A stretch of 64,000 nt of DNA from positions 11,553 to 75,552 of the forward strand of contig JAYGEG010000160.1 of NCBI GenBank assembly GCA_046582495.1, read 5' to 3'. Below, one piece after another: positions 19,483-29,526 of this stretch. The notes beneath the pieces were generated by a model. It worked only from the letters and a program-made list of their open reading frames with translations. It ran no database searches and was not told the origin of the DNA. Source of the DNA: Rhodospirillales bacterium. Its GTDB lineage: Bacteria > Pseudomonadota > Alphaproteobacteria > Rhodospirillales > UBA2165. Every line of letters starts with the position of its first letter. Position 1 is the first letter of the stretch. The translations under genes were made by a program, and so were the position numbers.

Positions 19483-20244
19483 TTATTCTTTTGTTGGCAG
19501 TTTGCGAAAAATCGTATCGGTGAGCCAAACCGGCAAGGACGACATCAGCCAAACCAGTGCATATACCGGCAGTGGGAAGGCGATGCGGGCTTTGTTTTTT
19601 TTCAGACCATTTATAATAATTTTCGCTGCTTTCGGGGCATCCATGAAAAATGGCATGGGGAAGTTGTTCTGATCGGTTATTCGACTTCGGATGAAACCGG
19701 GACAAATGACCGAGACGCAAATGCCGTCGGCATAAAGGCTGCCGCGCAGTCCTTCACCGTAAGATCGTACCCAGGCCTTGCTTGCCCCATACCCGGGTGC
19801 GCTCGGAAGACCTCGAAATCCCGCAACGGAACTCACCAGTCCAAGTGAGCCTGTCTTGCGTTCTGCCATTTTCGGGATAATCGGATCGATGGTGTTTAAA
19901 ACACCGGTAACATTGATTTCCAGCATCCGCCGCATCTTTGCGTCGGTCACACTCTCACCAGATGTGCCAGGAGAAACGCCGGCATTAGCGATAACAAGAT
20001 CCAATGTTTGAGCCTGATCGACTTGCTCTATCCAGGTTTTCATCGCAGCTTGATCAGTGACGTCTATAACCCTTGCTTCAACGCTCGCCCCTAAGGAACG
20101 GCATTTTTCAGCAACGTGATTGAGGCGTACTTCATCTCGACCGGATATTGCGAGGAAAACACTTTCACCAGCAAGTCCTTCGGCGAGAGCCTCCCCGACG
20201 CCACTCGAAGCCCCGGTAATCAGAATGGATTGAAACTTTTTCAC
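19483..20244 (-). CDS. Short-chain dehydrogenase/reductase (SDR), substrate unknown
   Basis: TGASSGVGEA cofactor motif, NAG, and YGASKAW catalytic Tyr-Lys. Confidence 0.85.
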   Translation of the reverse strand: MKKFQSILITGASSGVGEALAEGLAGESVFLAISGRDEVRLNHVAEKCRSLGASVEARVIDVTDQAAMKTWIEQVDQAQTLDLVIANAGVSPGTSGESVTDAKMRRMLEINVTGVLNTIDPIIPKMAERKTGSLGLVSSVAGFRGLPSAPGYGASKAWVRSYGEGLRGSLYADGICVSVICPGFIRSRITDQNNFPMPFFMDAPKAAKIIINGLKKNKARIAFPLPVYALVWLMSSLPVWLTDTIFRKLPTKE

Positions 20245-20350
20245 ATGATCTCTCGTTATGTCGAACCATTTCTACAGTTTTGATTCTATTGTGATATTTT
20301 GCCCTAATTTTTACAATGGCATATCAAAAAGAATGTGCTATCTAGGGCGT

Positions 20351-21268
20351 ATGGTTAAGAAAAAAAGTAAATCCAACCCTTCAATTGCCAGCATGACAGG
20401 ATTTGCCAGATGCTCTGGCAGTAGTGATGGCTATAGCTGGAACTGGGAAGCTAAGAGCGTCAATGGCAAAGGTCTTGATGTTCGCTGCCGTCTACCACAA
20501 GGATTTGAGGAAATTGATGTTGAGGCGCGCAATGCGACCGGCAAGGCCTTCAAACGCGGCAATTTCAACTTGGTCCTGACGGTTCAAGAAACGTCGCGGC
20601 AAAGCCAATATCAAGTCAATCGGGCGCTTTTGGATCAACTCGTAGAAACAGCGAGTGAAATTCGCGCCGGAAATGATGAATTTGACAAACCGAGTTTGGA
20701 TGGTTTGCTAGCGGTTCGCGGCGTTATCGAGCCGGTGACGGAAGCTGACGACGAAGAAGAACGCAGAGCGCGCAAAAACGAAATGCTGACCGGGCTTAAA
20801 GAGGTTCTGACATCTCTTGGGCAAAATCGCCTGGAGGAAGGCGCACGGATGGCCGAGGTCTTGTTCGAGCAATTGGACACCATCATTGGACTTTGCCGGC
20901 AGGCTGAGAAGCTCGCAGAGCTACAGCCAGACAACATCCGCCAAAAACTAAAAGAGCAAATTGCCGAATTGTTAGAATCTACACCCAGTTTGCCGGAAGA
21001 GCGTTTGGCTCAGGAAGCGGCGGTTCTCATGACCAAAGCGGATGTGCGCGAAGAACTTGATCGTTTGCAGGCGCATATTGAGGCGGCACGTGACTTGATG
21101 GAAGAGGGCGGCGTGATCGGTCGCCGCCTCGATTTTCTCTGCCAAGAATTTAACCGCGAAGCCAATACGCTATGTTCCAAAGCTGCCGACGTTGGGCTAT
21201 CAAAGATTGGGCTCGAACTTAAAGCTGTGATTGAGCAATATAGAGAGCAGGTACAAAACATTGAGTAG
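20351..21268 (+). CDS. YicC family stress-induced protein
   Basis: SMTGFA N-terminal motif and a conserved C-terminal DUF1732-type region (EFNREANTLCSKA). The ATG at 20351 is preferred over the track start at 20258. Confidence 0.85.
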   Translation: MVKKKSKSNPSIASMTGFARCSGSSDGYSWNWEAKSVNGKGLDVRCRLPQGFEEIDVEARNATGKAFKRGNFNLVLTVQETSRQSQYQVNRALLDQLVETASEIRAGNDEFDKPSLDGLLAVRGVIEPVTEADDEEERRARKNEMLTGLKEVLTSLGQNRLEEGARMAEVLFEQLDTIIGLCRQAEKLAELQPDNIRQKLKEQIAELLESTPSLPEERLAQEAAVLMTKADVREELDRLQAHIEAARDLMEEGGVIGRRLDFLCQEFNREANTLCSKAADVGLSKIGLELKAVIEQYREQVQNIE

Positions 21269-21911
21269 TGAAAACAGCTCCTTTTCCAGGCGTGGCCTGA
21301 TGCTCGTTCTTTCTTCGCCTTCAGGGGCCGGAAAAACAACGATCTCGCGTGCCATGCTTGAGCGTGACGACAATCTCACAATGTCGATATCCGCGACGAC
21401 ACGTCCGATGCGGCCGGGCGAAGAAGATGGCAAAGATTATTATTTTGTCGATGAGGATAAATTCAACCAAATGATTAAAGATGGTGAGTTGCTTGAGCAT
21501 GCCAACGTTTTCGGAAATTTTTATGGCACTCCTCGAAAGCCTGTCGAAGAAGCTCTCGCTCGCGGAATGGATATTTTGTTCGATATTGACTGGCAGGGTA
21601 CACAAAAAATTGCCGATGATGAAATCGCCGGTAAGGATCTGGTGAGTGTATTCATTCTGCCGCCGAATACCGCAGAGCTTGAGAATCGTCTCAGAACGCG
21701 CGCGCAGGACCCGGAAGAAGTTGTGCAACAACGCATGTCGAAAGCTTCCGATGAAATGAGCCATTACCGAGAATACAATTATGTCATCGTAAATGATGAA
21801 ATTGAGGCGAGTGTTCAGCAGGTACAAACTATTTTGGCGACAGAGCGCATGCATATAGAGCGTCAAATCGGCCTGCATGAATTTGTACAGGAATTACGAG
21901 GTCCGGAATAA
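21231..21911 (+). CDS. gmk: Guanylate kinase
   Basis: P-loop SSPSGAGKTT, then TTRPMRPGEEDGKDYYFV. The start is uncertain: ATG at 21231, or TTG at 21261 overlapping the yicC stop. Confidence 0.93.
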   Translation: MSNIESRYKTLSSENSSFSRRGLMLVLSSPSGAGKTTISRAMLERDDNLTMSISATTRPMRPGEEDGKDYYFVDEDKFNQMIKDGELLEHANVFGNFYGTPRKPVEEALARGMDILFDIDWQGTQKIADDEIAGKDLVSVFILPPNTAELENRLRTRAQDPEEVVQQRMSKASDEMSHYREYNYVIVNDEIEASVQQVQTILATERMHIERQIGLHEFVQELRGPE

Positions 21912-21914
21912 GGG

Positions 21915-22742
21915 TTAGTTTCGTCCCTCAATCGCCTGGGCCAATAAACAAAATTCTTCAATCGATAAATTTTCCGCCCGCGCTGTCGGATCAATTCCGA
22001 TGGCGGCAATATCAATATCCAGTGGCTTGAGCGAAGAGCGCAGCATCTTGCGCCTTTGCCCAAACGCCGTTGCTGTTACTTTTTCCATGTCTTCAAATTT
22101 TGCTGCGTAAAGCGGTTCAGATCGGGGTTTTAGCGTTAGGACACTCGACATGATTTTTGGCGGCGGCGTGAAGGCTTGCCTGTCGACATGGAACTCAAAT
22201 CTGGTATCACAAAGCCATTGGGTGATAATGCTGAGGCGGCCATAGGTCTTGTTTGAAGGCTCGGCAACTATGCGGTCTACGACTTCTTTTTGAAACATCA
22301 ATGTCATCTGATCGATGCTTTCAATTTGTCTCAGCCAATTGATCAATAGAGCCGTTGAAATATTATACGGTAAATTGGCGACAATCCGGCGGGGCGCATC
22401 GCCCGAGGTAGAAATATCAAATTTAAGTGCATCGGCGGAAACAATCGTCAACTTACCCGGAAAGATCGGTTTTAATTCCTCAAGTGCTTCAATGCAGCGC
22501 CGGTCGCGTTCGATAGCAAAGAGGTGTTTTGGATTATGAGCCAGCAATGATCTGGTCAGCCCGCCTGGACCTGGCCCGACTTCAATGACGGAGACTTCAT
22601 TTAAATCACCGGCGGCGCGCGCAATTCTATCGGTAAGATTTTGATCAAACAAAAAATGTTGGCCGAGAGAATTTCGTGCTCTCAATTTATACTTCGCAAT
22701 AATGTCCCGGAGCGGCGGCAGCTGATCTCGAATATCGGTCAT
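21915..22742 (-). CDS. rsmA: 16S rRNA (adenine1518/1519-N6)-dimethyltransferase
   Basis: 275 aa with LGQHFL, VIEVGPGPGGLT and NLPYNIST motifs. 4-nt overlap with pdxA. Confidence 0.95.
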   Translation of the reverse strand: MTDIRDQLPPLRDIIAKYKLRARNSLGQHFLFDQNLTDRIARAAGDLNEVSVIEVGPGPGGLTRSLLAHNPKHLFAIERDRRCIEALEELKPIFPGKLTIVSADALKFDISTSGDAPRRIVANLPYNISTALLINWLRQIESIDQMTLMFQKEVVDRIVAEPSNKTYGRLSIITQWLCDTRFEFHVDRQAFTPPPKIMSSVLTLKPRSEPLYAAKFEDMEKVTATAFGQRRKMLRSSLKPLDIDIAAIGIDPTARAENLSIEEFCLLAQAIEGRN

Positions 22743-23743
22743 GAACGCCTGCGTGCTGTCATCTCTCCCGCCAGTTTGAGAGCCGATATTAAACTTTGTT
22801 CATTGGCGCTACCTGTTCCCGCAATATTCAATGCCGTCCCGTGGTCAGGAGATGTGCGGACAAATGGCAAACCAAGCGTGACATTTACGGCGGTATCAAA
22901 ATCCAATGTCTTAATCGGTATGAGCGCCTGATCATGATACATGCAGAGCACGACATCGTAATTTTTACGTGCCTCTTCGTGGAACAAAGTATCCGGCGGG
23001 TGCGGCCCGGTAATCGATAGGCCTAAATCTCGAAGTGCCTGTATCGCCGGCTCAATAAGCGTTGTCTCCTCATCGCCCATAGCCCCGCCTTCGCCGGCAT
23101 GAGGATTGAGCGCTGACATGGCAATCCGAGGCACCTCAATGCCGAATTCCTCGCGGAGCGCTTTTTCAGCAATGACGCCAGTTTCGACAATAAGGTCGGG
23201 TGTTAAGAGGTTGAGTGCTTCTTGAACGCCAACGTGGCGGGTGACGGGAACAACGCGCAATCGATCTGAAGCGAGCATCATTACTGGTTCCGTTTCGATA
23301 CCGGCTAAGGCTGCTAAATACTCGGTGTGACCAGGATGGGCAAAACCACATTGATAAAGTGCTTCTTTGTGGATGGGATTGGTGACAATTGCGCCAGCCC
23401 GATCGTTTTTCACAAAGCCAACGGCCTGCTCGATTGAAGAGATGACCGCCGATCCATTCATGGAATTGAGCTCGCCAGGTATCGATTGTTCTGGCAGCGC
23501 TAACGGATAAACCGGTAGGGCTTTTTCAAATATTGTCACAGCCTCCGCCGGTTCGGATATTTCAGCAATATTGATGCTGAGTGCCAAAGTCTCGGCCAGT
23601 TTTTTCAGACGTTCAGGCGAATCAACAACAAAAAATGGAGAGAGTGTGGCGTGCGAAGAAAGCCAGGCTTTGAGCGTAATATCACCGCCAATTCCGCTTG
23701 GCTCTCCCATTGTCAAAACGGTCGGGAGTTGAAGTTGGCTCAT
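22739..23743 (-). CDS. pdxA: 4-hydroxythreonine-4-phosphate dehydrogenase
   Basis: 334 aa with GEPSGIG, GHTEYL and TSPDHGTA motifs. Lies in the surA-pdxA-rsmA order. Confidence 0.93.
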   Translation of the reverse strand: MSQLQLPTVLTMGEPSGIGGDITLKAWLSSHATLSPFFVVDSPERLKKLAETLALSINIAEISEPAEAVTIFEKALPVYPLALPEQSIPGELNSMNGSAVISSIEQAVGFVKNDRAGAIVTNPIHKEALYQCGFAHPGHTEYLAALAGIETEPVMMLASDRLRVVPVTRHVGVQEALNLLTPDLIVETGVIAEKALREEFGIEVPRIAMSALNPHAGEGGAMGDEETTLIEPAIQALRDLGLSITGPHPPDTLFHEEARKNYDVVLCMYHDQALIPIKTLDFDTAVNVTLGLPFVRTSPDHGTALNIAGTGSANEQSLISALKLAGEMTARRRS

Positions 23744-25077
23744 CGCCTAATATCCACAAAGGCTGAACGCCTGATGTCTCTTAACATCCGGCGGGCCACC
23801 AGCGTTGCGCGTCTTTCAAGGAGCACATTGCGCACTCGGTTTCTGACGTCTGGCGTTACGCCGCCACCAGTTCTATCACAGACCATTAAGATCAAAAATC
23901 CTGCGCCGGTTCGAATTGGCGCGCTGGTTTTTGCCAAGGGGATGTTTTTGACAATATTCCTAATGTTGACCGGAAGTCTTGATATATTTGCAACTTCTAG
24001 CCGCCCCGATTGTTTGGAGCCAATTTCGACCCCCTTTTTTGCCAATGCAGCGCAACTGTTTGCCGTTGAGGATATCTGTTTGGCGAGGCTATTTTGGGCG
24101 GCGATTTCTCCTGGTGAGGCATCTCGGCGCACGGGCAGAAAAACCTGTTGAAGCGTAACTTTGACATCTGAAGCAGGGAGCCCGCCTGCCAGACGTTTAT
24201 TGAGCAGCCGCAATATATAATACCCATCTGCGCCTTTCACCGGTTTGGTTGTGCTTCCCTTAGTCATGTTAACAATTATTTTCGACAAATTTTCGTCAAC
24301 CTGATCGGTTCGAACCCAGCCGAGGTTACCACCTTTTGCCGCGGAAGCGCTCTGTGAGAATGAACGAGCTAGGGCTGAAAAATTAGCGCCACTCAATATT
24401 TGTGAATGCAATCGCAAGGTATTTTGATAGGTTTCATCTAAAGATTTAGTCGGATCAAATGGAATAAAAATTTCAGCGACAAAATATTCTGGCTTTCCTT
24501 TGTTTGCCTTTATTTCAGCAATCATCTCGTCGACGGCGTCATCGCCAATTTTAATCGTCGACCTAACCTGGCGAACGACCGTTTCCCGCCACGCTAATTC
24601 AGCTTCTACTTGAAGCTCGAAAGTCCGCCAGTCTATGGCACGTTCTGTGAGAATTTTTCGCATGCCTCCGGTGGCCACTTTGTTTCTTTTCTCAACGCCT
24701 TGTATGGCAACTTTTAACTGCTTGGGACGAATTTTAACGCCCACTCTTTTAGCCTCTTGCAGTTTGAGTTTGTCGTCGATCAAACCTCGCAGGACCTGCC
24801 GGGTAATGCGTTGAATGACCTTTTGATTATTAGGCAGTTGCGAGGAAAAAATAACAAACTTTATGCGTTTGCCGAGATCAAACTCTGAAATAATTTCGTC
24901 ATTAACGACAGCAATAATGCGCTGTGTCTGTTGCGCTTTCACCGACCTTACGGCATATGCTGAAGAGCCGATCAAAAAACATGCCGCGGCCAAACATATC
25001 GCTGCTCGGATGGGCCAAAACAATTTGATCCAACTCAATGAGTATCCAACTTTCGAATTGATCTTATTTTTTATCAT
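23740..25077 (-). CDS. surA: Periplasmic chaperone/peptidyl-prolyl isomerase SurA
   Basis: 445 aa with a signal peptide, a SurA N-terminal domain and a parvulin-like region. Located directly downstream of lptD. Confidence 0.85.
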   Translation of the reverse strand: MIKNKINSKVGYSLSWIKLFWPIRAAICLAAACFLIGSSAYAVRSVKAQQTQRIIAVVNDEIISEFDLGKRIKFVIFSSQLPNNQKVIQRITRQVLRGLIDDKLKLQEAKRVGVKIRPKQLKVAIQGVEKRNKVATGGMRKILTERAIDWRTFELQVEAELAWRETVVRQVRSTIKIGDDAVDEMIAEIKANKGKPEYFVAEIFIPFDPTKSLDETYQNTLRLHSQILSGANFSALARSFSQSASAAKGGNLGWVRTDQVDENLSKIIVNMTKGSTTKPVKGADGYYILRLLNKRLAGGLPASDVKVTLQQVFLPVRRDASPGEIAAQNSLAKQISSTANSCAALAKKGVEIGSKQSGRLEVANISRLPVNIRNIVKNIPLAKTSAPIRTGAGFLILMVCDRTGGGVTPDVRNRVRNVLLERRATLVARRMLRDIRRSAFVDIRR

Positions 25078-25106
25078 ATGCTTTTGCGTTCTGCGACGAA
25101 TGTCAA

Positions 25107-27278
25107 TTAGCCACCTAAATTGTCAAAACCGGTTTGAACGTCGCCCAGAGTTTTAAAGGTCAGCTTAAATAAAATAGTGTCGTTCGGTCGCAAGTCCCGA
25201 TCTTCGTAAAATTGTCTGCTGATGGTGGTGCTAAACGTAAAACATTCACAATCATAGGTTAAATTTAAGGATAAATTTCTTAGATCACCAGAGCCCTTAA
25301 GATCGTAGCGCCCGGAAAAGCTAGATTTCCAAAAACGATTTATTTTTGCGAATACGTTACCCGATATTTCTTCACGCCCGGAAAACTCGCTGTCAGCCGC
25401 GGCGTCAAAAAATACATAGTTCGAGGAAAACCGTAGGGCTGGAGGGCCAACTGTCACCTGAACTTCATTCCGCTTCGGTGATAGATTGTCTTTGTCCAAG
25501 CGCGTGCGATAAATTAGATCAAGACGACTATTGGGCGATATGTTAACACGCCCAACAAAGTCTGAAAGGCGCCCGTCCAAACCAGAACCTGCCGCAAATG
25601 TATCATCTTCTTTGAGACGATAGCTTTGGCCAGCAAAAACTGTAGTATGCCCGCCTTTAGAGCCGACCAAACCCCATTTTAGTCCATAGTTAATACGTGG
25701 TCCGCCTTCAACTCGATCGAAGCCGGTAAATCTATTGTCACTAAATAAATTGGTGTCGTCAAATTCCAAATCAATACTATCTTCATTTGGAATTTTAGAG
25801 GAATTGCCACCATAAGGACTGATTATGACCGAGGCCAGAGGCTCAATAATTTGGCTCACCGTACCATGTTGACGAGCTAAAGGTAGGCGCCAATCGGCTT
25901 TAAGCTGGGGATGCACGCGACCGGAAAATCCATCGTAATTGGCCTGGCCATTGCTCTGACTTAAATCGTTGACGTGGTATAGATCTCCTCGCAGGGTAGC
26001 CGAGAAATTGGTAACGTCGCCTAATCGACCAATATGCGGTAGGTGCCAGCCGCCGCCGACCGAAAGACGGCGGGTGTCGGTCCCCTCGCTTCTTGTCATA
26101 AGAACAGTATTCACATCAAAGCTTGTTCTCGCGCCAAATTTTCCAACATCGCTCAGTCGACTGTATTCAATCATTGGCAATACAAGTGGCGATTGACCAG
26201 GATCATCTTCAATTGCAGTTCCCTGGAAGGAATACGCATCCACGGCCAAATAATTCCGGCGGCTAAAACCTTCTACATAAACCCGCGAGGTTAAGGTGCG
26301 TGAGTTGGGGAATTGATAGCGGCGCAGATAGGTATCATCGGTAGATCGTTTTGCATCGAAACCCCAACGAAACTTATTGTTGATATCGAAGCGTCCAAAA
26401 CTGTCAATATGCCCTCGAACCTCATCATCTGAATCGTAAATGATGCTTGCTTTGCTATCCAGGCGACCGTTCCGAAAACGCTGTCGATACTCGGCTGCCA
26501 TTAACAATCCTTCATCAGTGTAATAGGTCGGCGTAATCGTCGCGTCTTTGTCTTTTGAAATCGCATAAAAATAGGGAGTTGAAATCGCTGATCCCAATGA
26601 TGAAGAGCCACCCGTGCTCGGTGTCAAAAAACCACTTTTCCGCTTAACTGTTGGGTCCGGGTGTGAAAAATAGGGCGTGTAGATAACCGGAATGCCGGCC
26701 AATTCCATCCAAGCGTCAAAATATTCAATTTCTTTGGTGGTTTGATCATGCACAACCTTTTTGGCTTTAATTTGCCAAAGAGGCGGCTGATCTGGATCTC
26801 GAGCGCAGGTTTCGCAAGGCGAATAAACCGCATTTCGCATTTCCGTTCGGTTGCCGCCGGTTCGGCGGGCACCACTTGCGGCGATCCGAGCGTTGTCGGA
26901 CAGCCTAATTCGTAGATCTTTGATGATGCCTTCTTTGAAATCTCCGCTCAGTTCCATAAATTCTGCGAACAGAACGTGGCCGGATTCTTCGAGTAAACTG
27001 ACATTTCCCGAGGCTGAGACGATGTCCTGGCGTTCGTTGTAGGAAATTGTGTCGGCCAAAAGGACTTGATTGTTGTGCGATATCTCAACGTTTCCAGATG
27101 CTGTCACAATTCCGAGTTTTCTGTCATGGGTGACTTCATCGGCTGTAAAAACAATCGGGTTTTCTAATGGCGGGCGATTTTGGGCAAAAGCTGCCGGCAA
27201 GACCGCCATTGAAATGCCAATCGCAGCGATAATGGCTGCTAGGAAATTGTACTTTAGGAGAGACATGCGCTCAGCCAT
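25107..27278 (-). CDS. lptD: LPS-assembly outer-membrane protein LptD
   Basis: 723 aa with a signal peptide (…AAFAQN), an OstA N-terminal domain and a large beta-barrel-type C-terminus. Upstream of surA. Confidence 0.92.
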   Translation of the reverse strand: MAERMSLLKYNFLAAIIAAIGISMAVLPAAFAQNRPPLENPIVFTADEVTHDRKLGIVTASGNVEISHNNQVLLADTISYNERQDIVSASGNVSLLEESGHVLFAEFMELSGDFKEGIIKDLRIRLSDNARIAASGARRTGGNRTEMRNAVYSPCETCARDPDQPPLWQIKAKKVVHDQTTKEIEYFDAWMELAGIPVIYTPYFSHPDPTVKRKSGFLTPSTGGSSSLGSAISTPYFYAISKDKDATITPTYYTDEGLLMAAEYRQRFRNGRLDSKASIIYDSDDEVRGHIDSFGRFDINNKFRWGFDAKRSTDDTYLRRYQFPNSRTLTSRVYVEGFSRRNYLAVDAYSFQGTAIEDDPGQSPLVLPMIEYSRLSDVGKFGARTSFDVNTVLMTRSEGTDTRRLSVGGGWHLPHIGRLGDVTNFSATLRGDLYHVNDLSQSNGQANYDGFSGRVHPQLKADWRLPLARQHGTVSQIIEPLASVIISPYGGNSSKIPNEDSIDLEFDDTNLFSDNRFTGFDRVEGGPRINYGLKWGLVGSKGGHTTVFAGQSYRLKEDDTFAAGSGLDGRLSDFVGRVNISPNSRLDLIYRTRLDKDNLSPKRNEVQVTVGPPALRFSSNYVFFDAAADSEFSGREEISGNVFAKINRFWKSSFSGRYDLKGSGDLRNLSLNLTYDCECFTFSTTISRQFYEDRDLRPNDTILFKLTFKTLGDVQTGFDNLGG

Positions 27279-28371
27279 CCTCTAAATGAAAGACCATGGC
27301 CAGGCCTAATAATGTTGATACGCCAGACGGTGTCCAGGCGGCCAAGATAACAGGAATGCTTTCTCGCAAACCAAGAGCGTTTATGATATCGGAAAAGAAA
27401 AACAGCAAAAACCCCGTCATAACGCCGCCGACAATTACAAATGTGGCACTCCCACGGCGGTTTTGACGGAGAGTAAATGTAGCAGCGATTAACACCATCG
27501 CACAGAGCAAAAGCGGTGCTGAAAGCAAGGAATGCCAATAGAGCCGGTGGCGAACCGCCGAGAACCCCGATCTTTCAAGATTTTTTATGAAATCAGGGAG
27601 ATCCCAAAACGACATAGTTTCGGGAGGGGAAAAACTCTCGTGAATATTGTTCAAAGTTATATCCGTTTCTACCCAGTGTTCGCTGACAAACTTTGGTGGT
27701 TTGTCTGTTATATTTATCCAAACGTTTCGGAGGTGCCAAAATCCATCTTCAAGACCACCCTGTTTTGCATCAATCCGCGAAACGAATTTATCTGCCCCTT
27801 CATAAACGAAAATTGACACATCGGACAGGGAGATTTCATCGTTTAAGATGGATATTTTTGGCGCATGAATAACCGATTGGTTTTTGCCAGTTGCTTGGCG
27901 CAGCCACAAGCCATTTTTAGATACTGCCAAGAGGTTGGATTGACCCTTCAAATGGGTGGCGTTTAGGCGATCATATTTGGCCAGCATAGCCGAGGCCAAC
28001 GGATTAAACGCGGCAATTTTAATTACACCCAAAATTAAGGCAACGAGCAGCACCGGCAATAGAAATTGCCAGGCTGATACACCGGCAGCACGGGTAACGA
28101 CGAGTTCGCTGGTCCGAGTCAGTCGCCAGAAGGAGGCCATGCCGCCAAATAAAACTGCAAATGGGAAAATTTGTTGGGCCATGAAAGGAAGTTTCATCAA
28201 TCCCATTTGAAAAATCAGTCCAAGACCAACATCTTCATGGCTGGAAGCTCGGCGCAGTAATTCAACAGTGTCAAAAAGAAATATTACACCCAAAAACACT
28301 ACGAACACGGTGAAAAAGCTGCTGAGGAAGCTACGTCCAATATAAAACGTTAAAATGGGAGACAAGCGCAT
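27271..28371 (-). CDS. lptG: LPS export ABC transporter permease LptG
   Basis: 366 aa of the YjgP/YjgQ permease family, with 6 TM segments and a periplasmic insert. Overlaps the lptD start by 8 nt. Confidence 0.9.
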   Translation of the reverse strand: MRLSPILTFYIGRSFLSSFFTVFVVFLGVIFLFDTVELLRRASSHEDVGLGLIFQMGLMKLPFMAQQIFPFAVLFGGMASFWRLTRTSELVVTRAAGVSAWQFLLPVLLVALILGVIKIAAFNPLASAMLAKYDRLNATHLKGQSNLLAVSKNGLWLRQATGKNQSVIHAPKISILNDEISLSDVSIFVYEGADKFVSRIDAKQGGLEDGFWHLRNVWINITDKPPKFVSEHWVETDITLNNIHESFSPPETMSFWDLPDFIKNLERSGFSAVRHRLYWHSLLSAPLLLCAMVLIAATFTLRQNRRGSATFVIVGGVMTGFLLFFFSDIINALGLRESIPVILAAWTPSGVSTLLGLAMVFHLEDG

Positions 28372-28383
28372 CTTACATCACCG

Positions 28384-29526
28384 TTACGAACCACCGACCT
28401 GAGCATAGTCAGGCGGCGGTATTTTGCCAGCGCGCTTTTTAAATCGCGGATGGAGGAGCAACAGGAACAGCAAAATAAACACAGGCGCGATAATTGAGGC
28501 GTAGAGAAGCGGGACCAATTGCAAATTTTTAGCACTGATATTAATGAGCCCCAAATTAGTAATTTGAAGGCTGACAAATATGACCGAAGCTAATAGGATT
28601 CTTTTCACCTGACCGCGTCTTGAAAAGTCACCTAGCAATAGGCAAACGAGGGCGATTAAAGCAAATCCAAGCGTGTTAATTGGCGTGGTTAAACGCTGGT
28701 GCCCCTCAACTTTAAACTTACCAAAATCTCTGGGGTTTCCGACATCTTCAATTTTTAAATCCAGCAATTCATCGACCATGCGCTCCCGAGCTTCGCGAAA
28801 ACGTTCTTCCGGCTTAGGTGTCACGCTACTCAAATCAAAACTATATCGATCAAAGTATAAAATCGATAACTTATTGGTTTTCTTGTCAATTATTTGACGG
28901 TTTCCATCAAACATTACGACACGAGCGCCTGATGAGGTTTTAACCATCACCCCTTTTTCGGCGATGACGGTTGCCGGCTTATTTTTGTTTCGGCTGTCAT
29001 GTATGAGCAAGCCACGCAATTCAGATTCTCCAGACCGTTCTCGGACAAAAACCGTGATGTGATCGGAGATAACGTTAAATACGCCTTCCTTCAGCAAAAT
29101 ATGAGAAAAACTATAGCGGATATCCCACTGAAGATTTCGAAAAATCTGATAGGATTTTGGTGTGCCATAGAGTGTTAATGCATAGCCAAAAAGCATAGAT
29201 ACCAAGGCAACCAATAGGGCTGGCCGAGCCAATGATATCGGTGACATGCCAGCGGCTCTCAAAACGACCAACTCGCGATCCGAATTGAGACGGCTATAGA
29301 CAAACAATGTTGCGATAAATATCGAAAATGGGATGATGTGGACCAAAAAATTCGGAACTTGAAGCACGGTCAAATACATAAATAGTTTTATGGACAGTCC
29401 GCGGTTTACAATCGAATCTACCGCGCGCACAGACACAAACAGCCAAATCACTCCGGTCATTACGAATCCCACCATAAGAGTGGAAACGACCAGCTGGCGA
29501 GTCAGATATTGATTAATTCGTTTCAT
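28384..29526 (-). CDS. lptF: LPS export ABC transporter permease LptF
   Basis: YjgP/YjgQ family. The conserved start MKRINQYLTRQL is at 29526; the track start at 29589 adds 21 non-conserved residues. Confidence 0.9.
   Translation of the reverse strand: MKRINQYLTRQLVVSTLMVGFVMTGVIWLFVSVRAVDSIVNRGLSIKLFMYLTVLQVPNFLVHIIPFSIFIATLFVYSRLNSDRELVVLRAAGMSPISLARPALLVALVSMLFGYALTLYGTPKSYQIFRNLQWDIRYSFSHILLKEGVFNVISDHITVFVRERSGESELRGLLIHDSRNKNKPATVIAEKGVMVKTSSGARVVMFDGNRQIIDKKTNKLSILYFDRYSFDLSSVTPKPEERFREARERMVDELLDLKIEDVGNPRDFGKFKVEGHQRLTTPINTLGFALIALVCLLLGDFSRRGQVKRILLASVIFVSLQITNLGLINISAKNLQLVPLLYASIIAPVFILLFLLLLHPRFKKRAGKIPPPDYAQVGGS

Noticed and set aside
19460-19485. Tandem 13-nt duplication GGGCAAATTTTTA x2 at the 3' end of the SDR gene
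   Set aside because: There are only two copies, they cover the stop codon region, and no hairpin or known motif is present. It is most simply a small slippage duplication without evident function.
21321-21878. 185-aa ORF antisense to gmk
   Set aside because: It lies entirely within guanylate kinase on the opposite strand, with no motifs. It is a shadow ORF.
24307-24317. tRNA T-arm-like motif GGTTCGAACCC
   Set aside because: It lies in frame inside the surA CDS. No acceptor stem, anticodon stem or D-arm could be built from the surrounding sequence.
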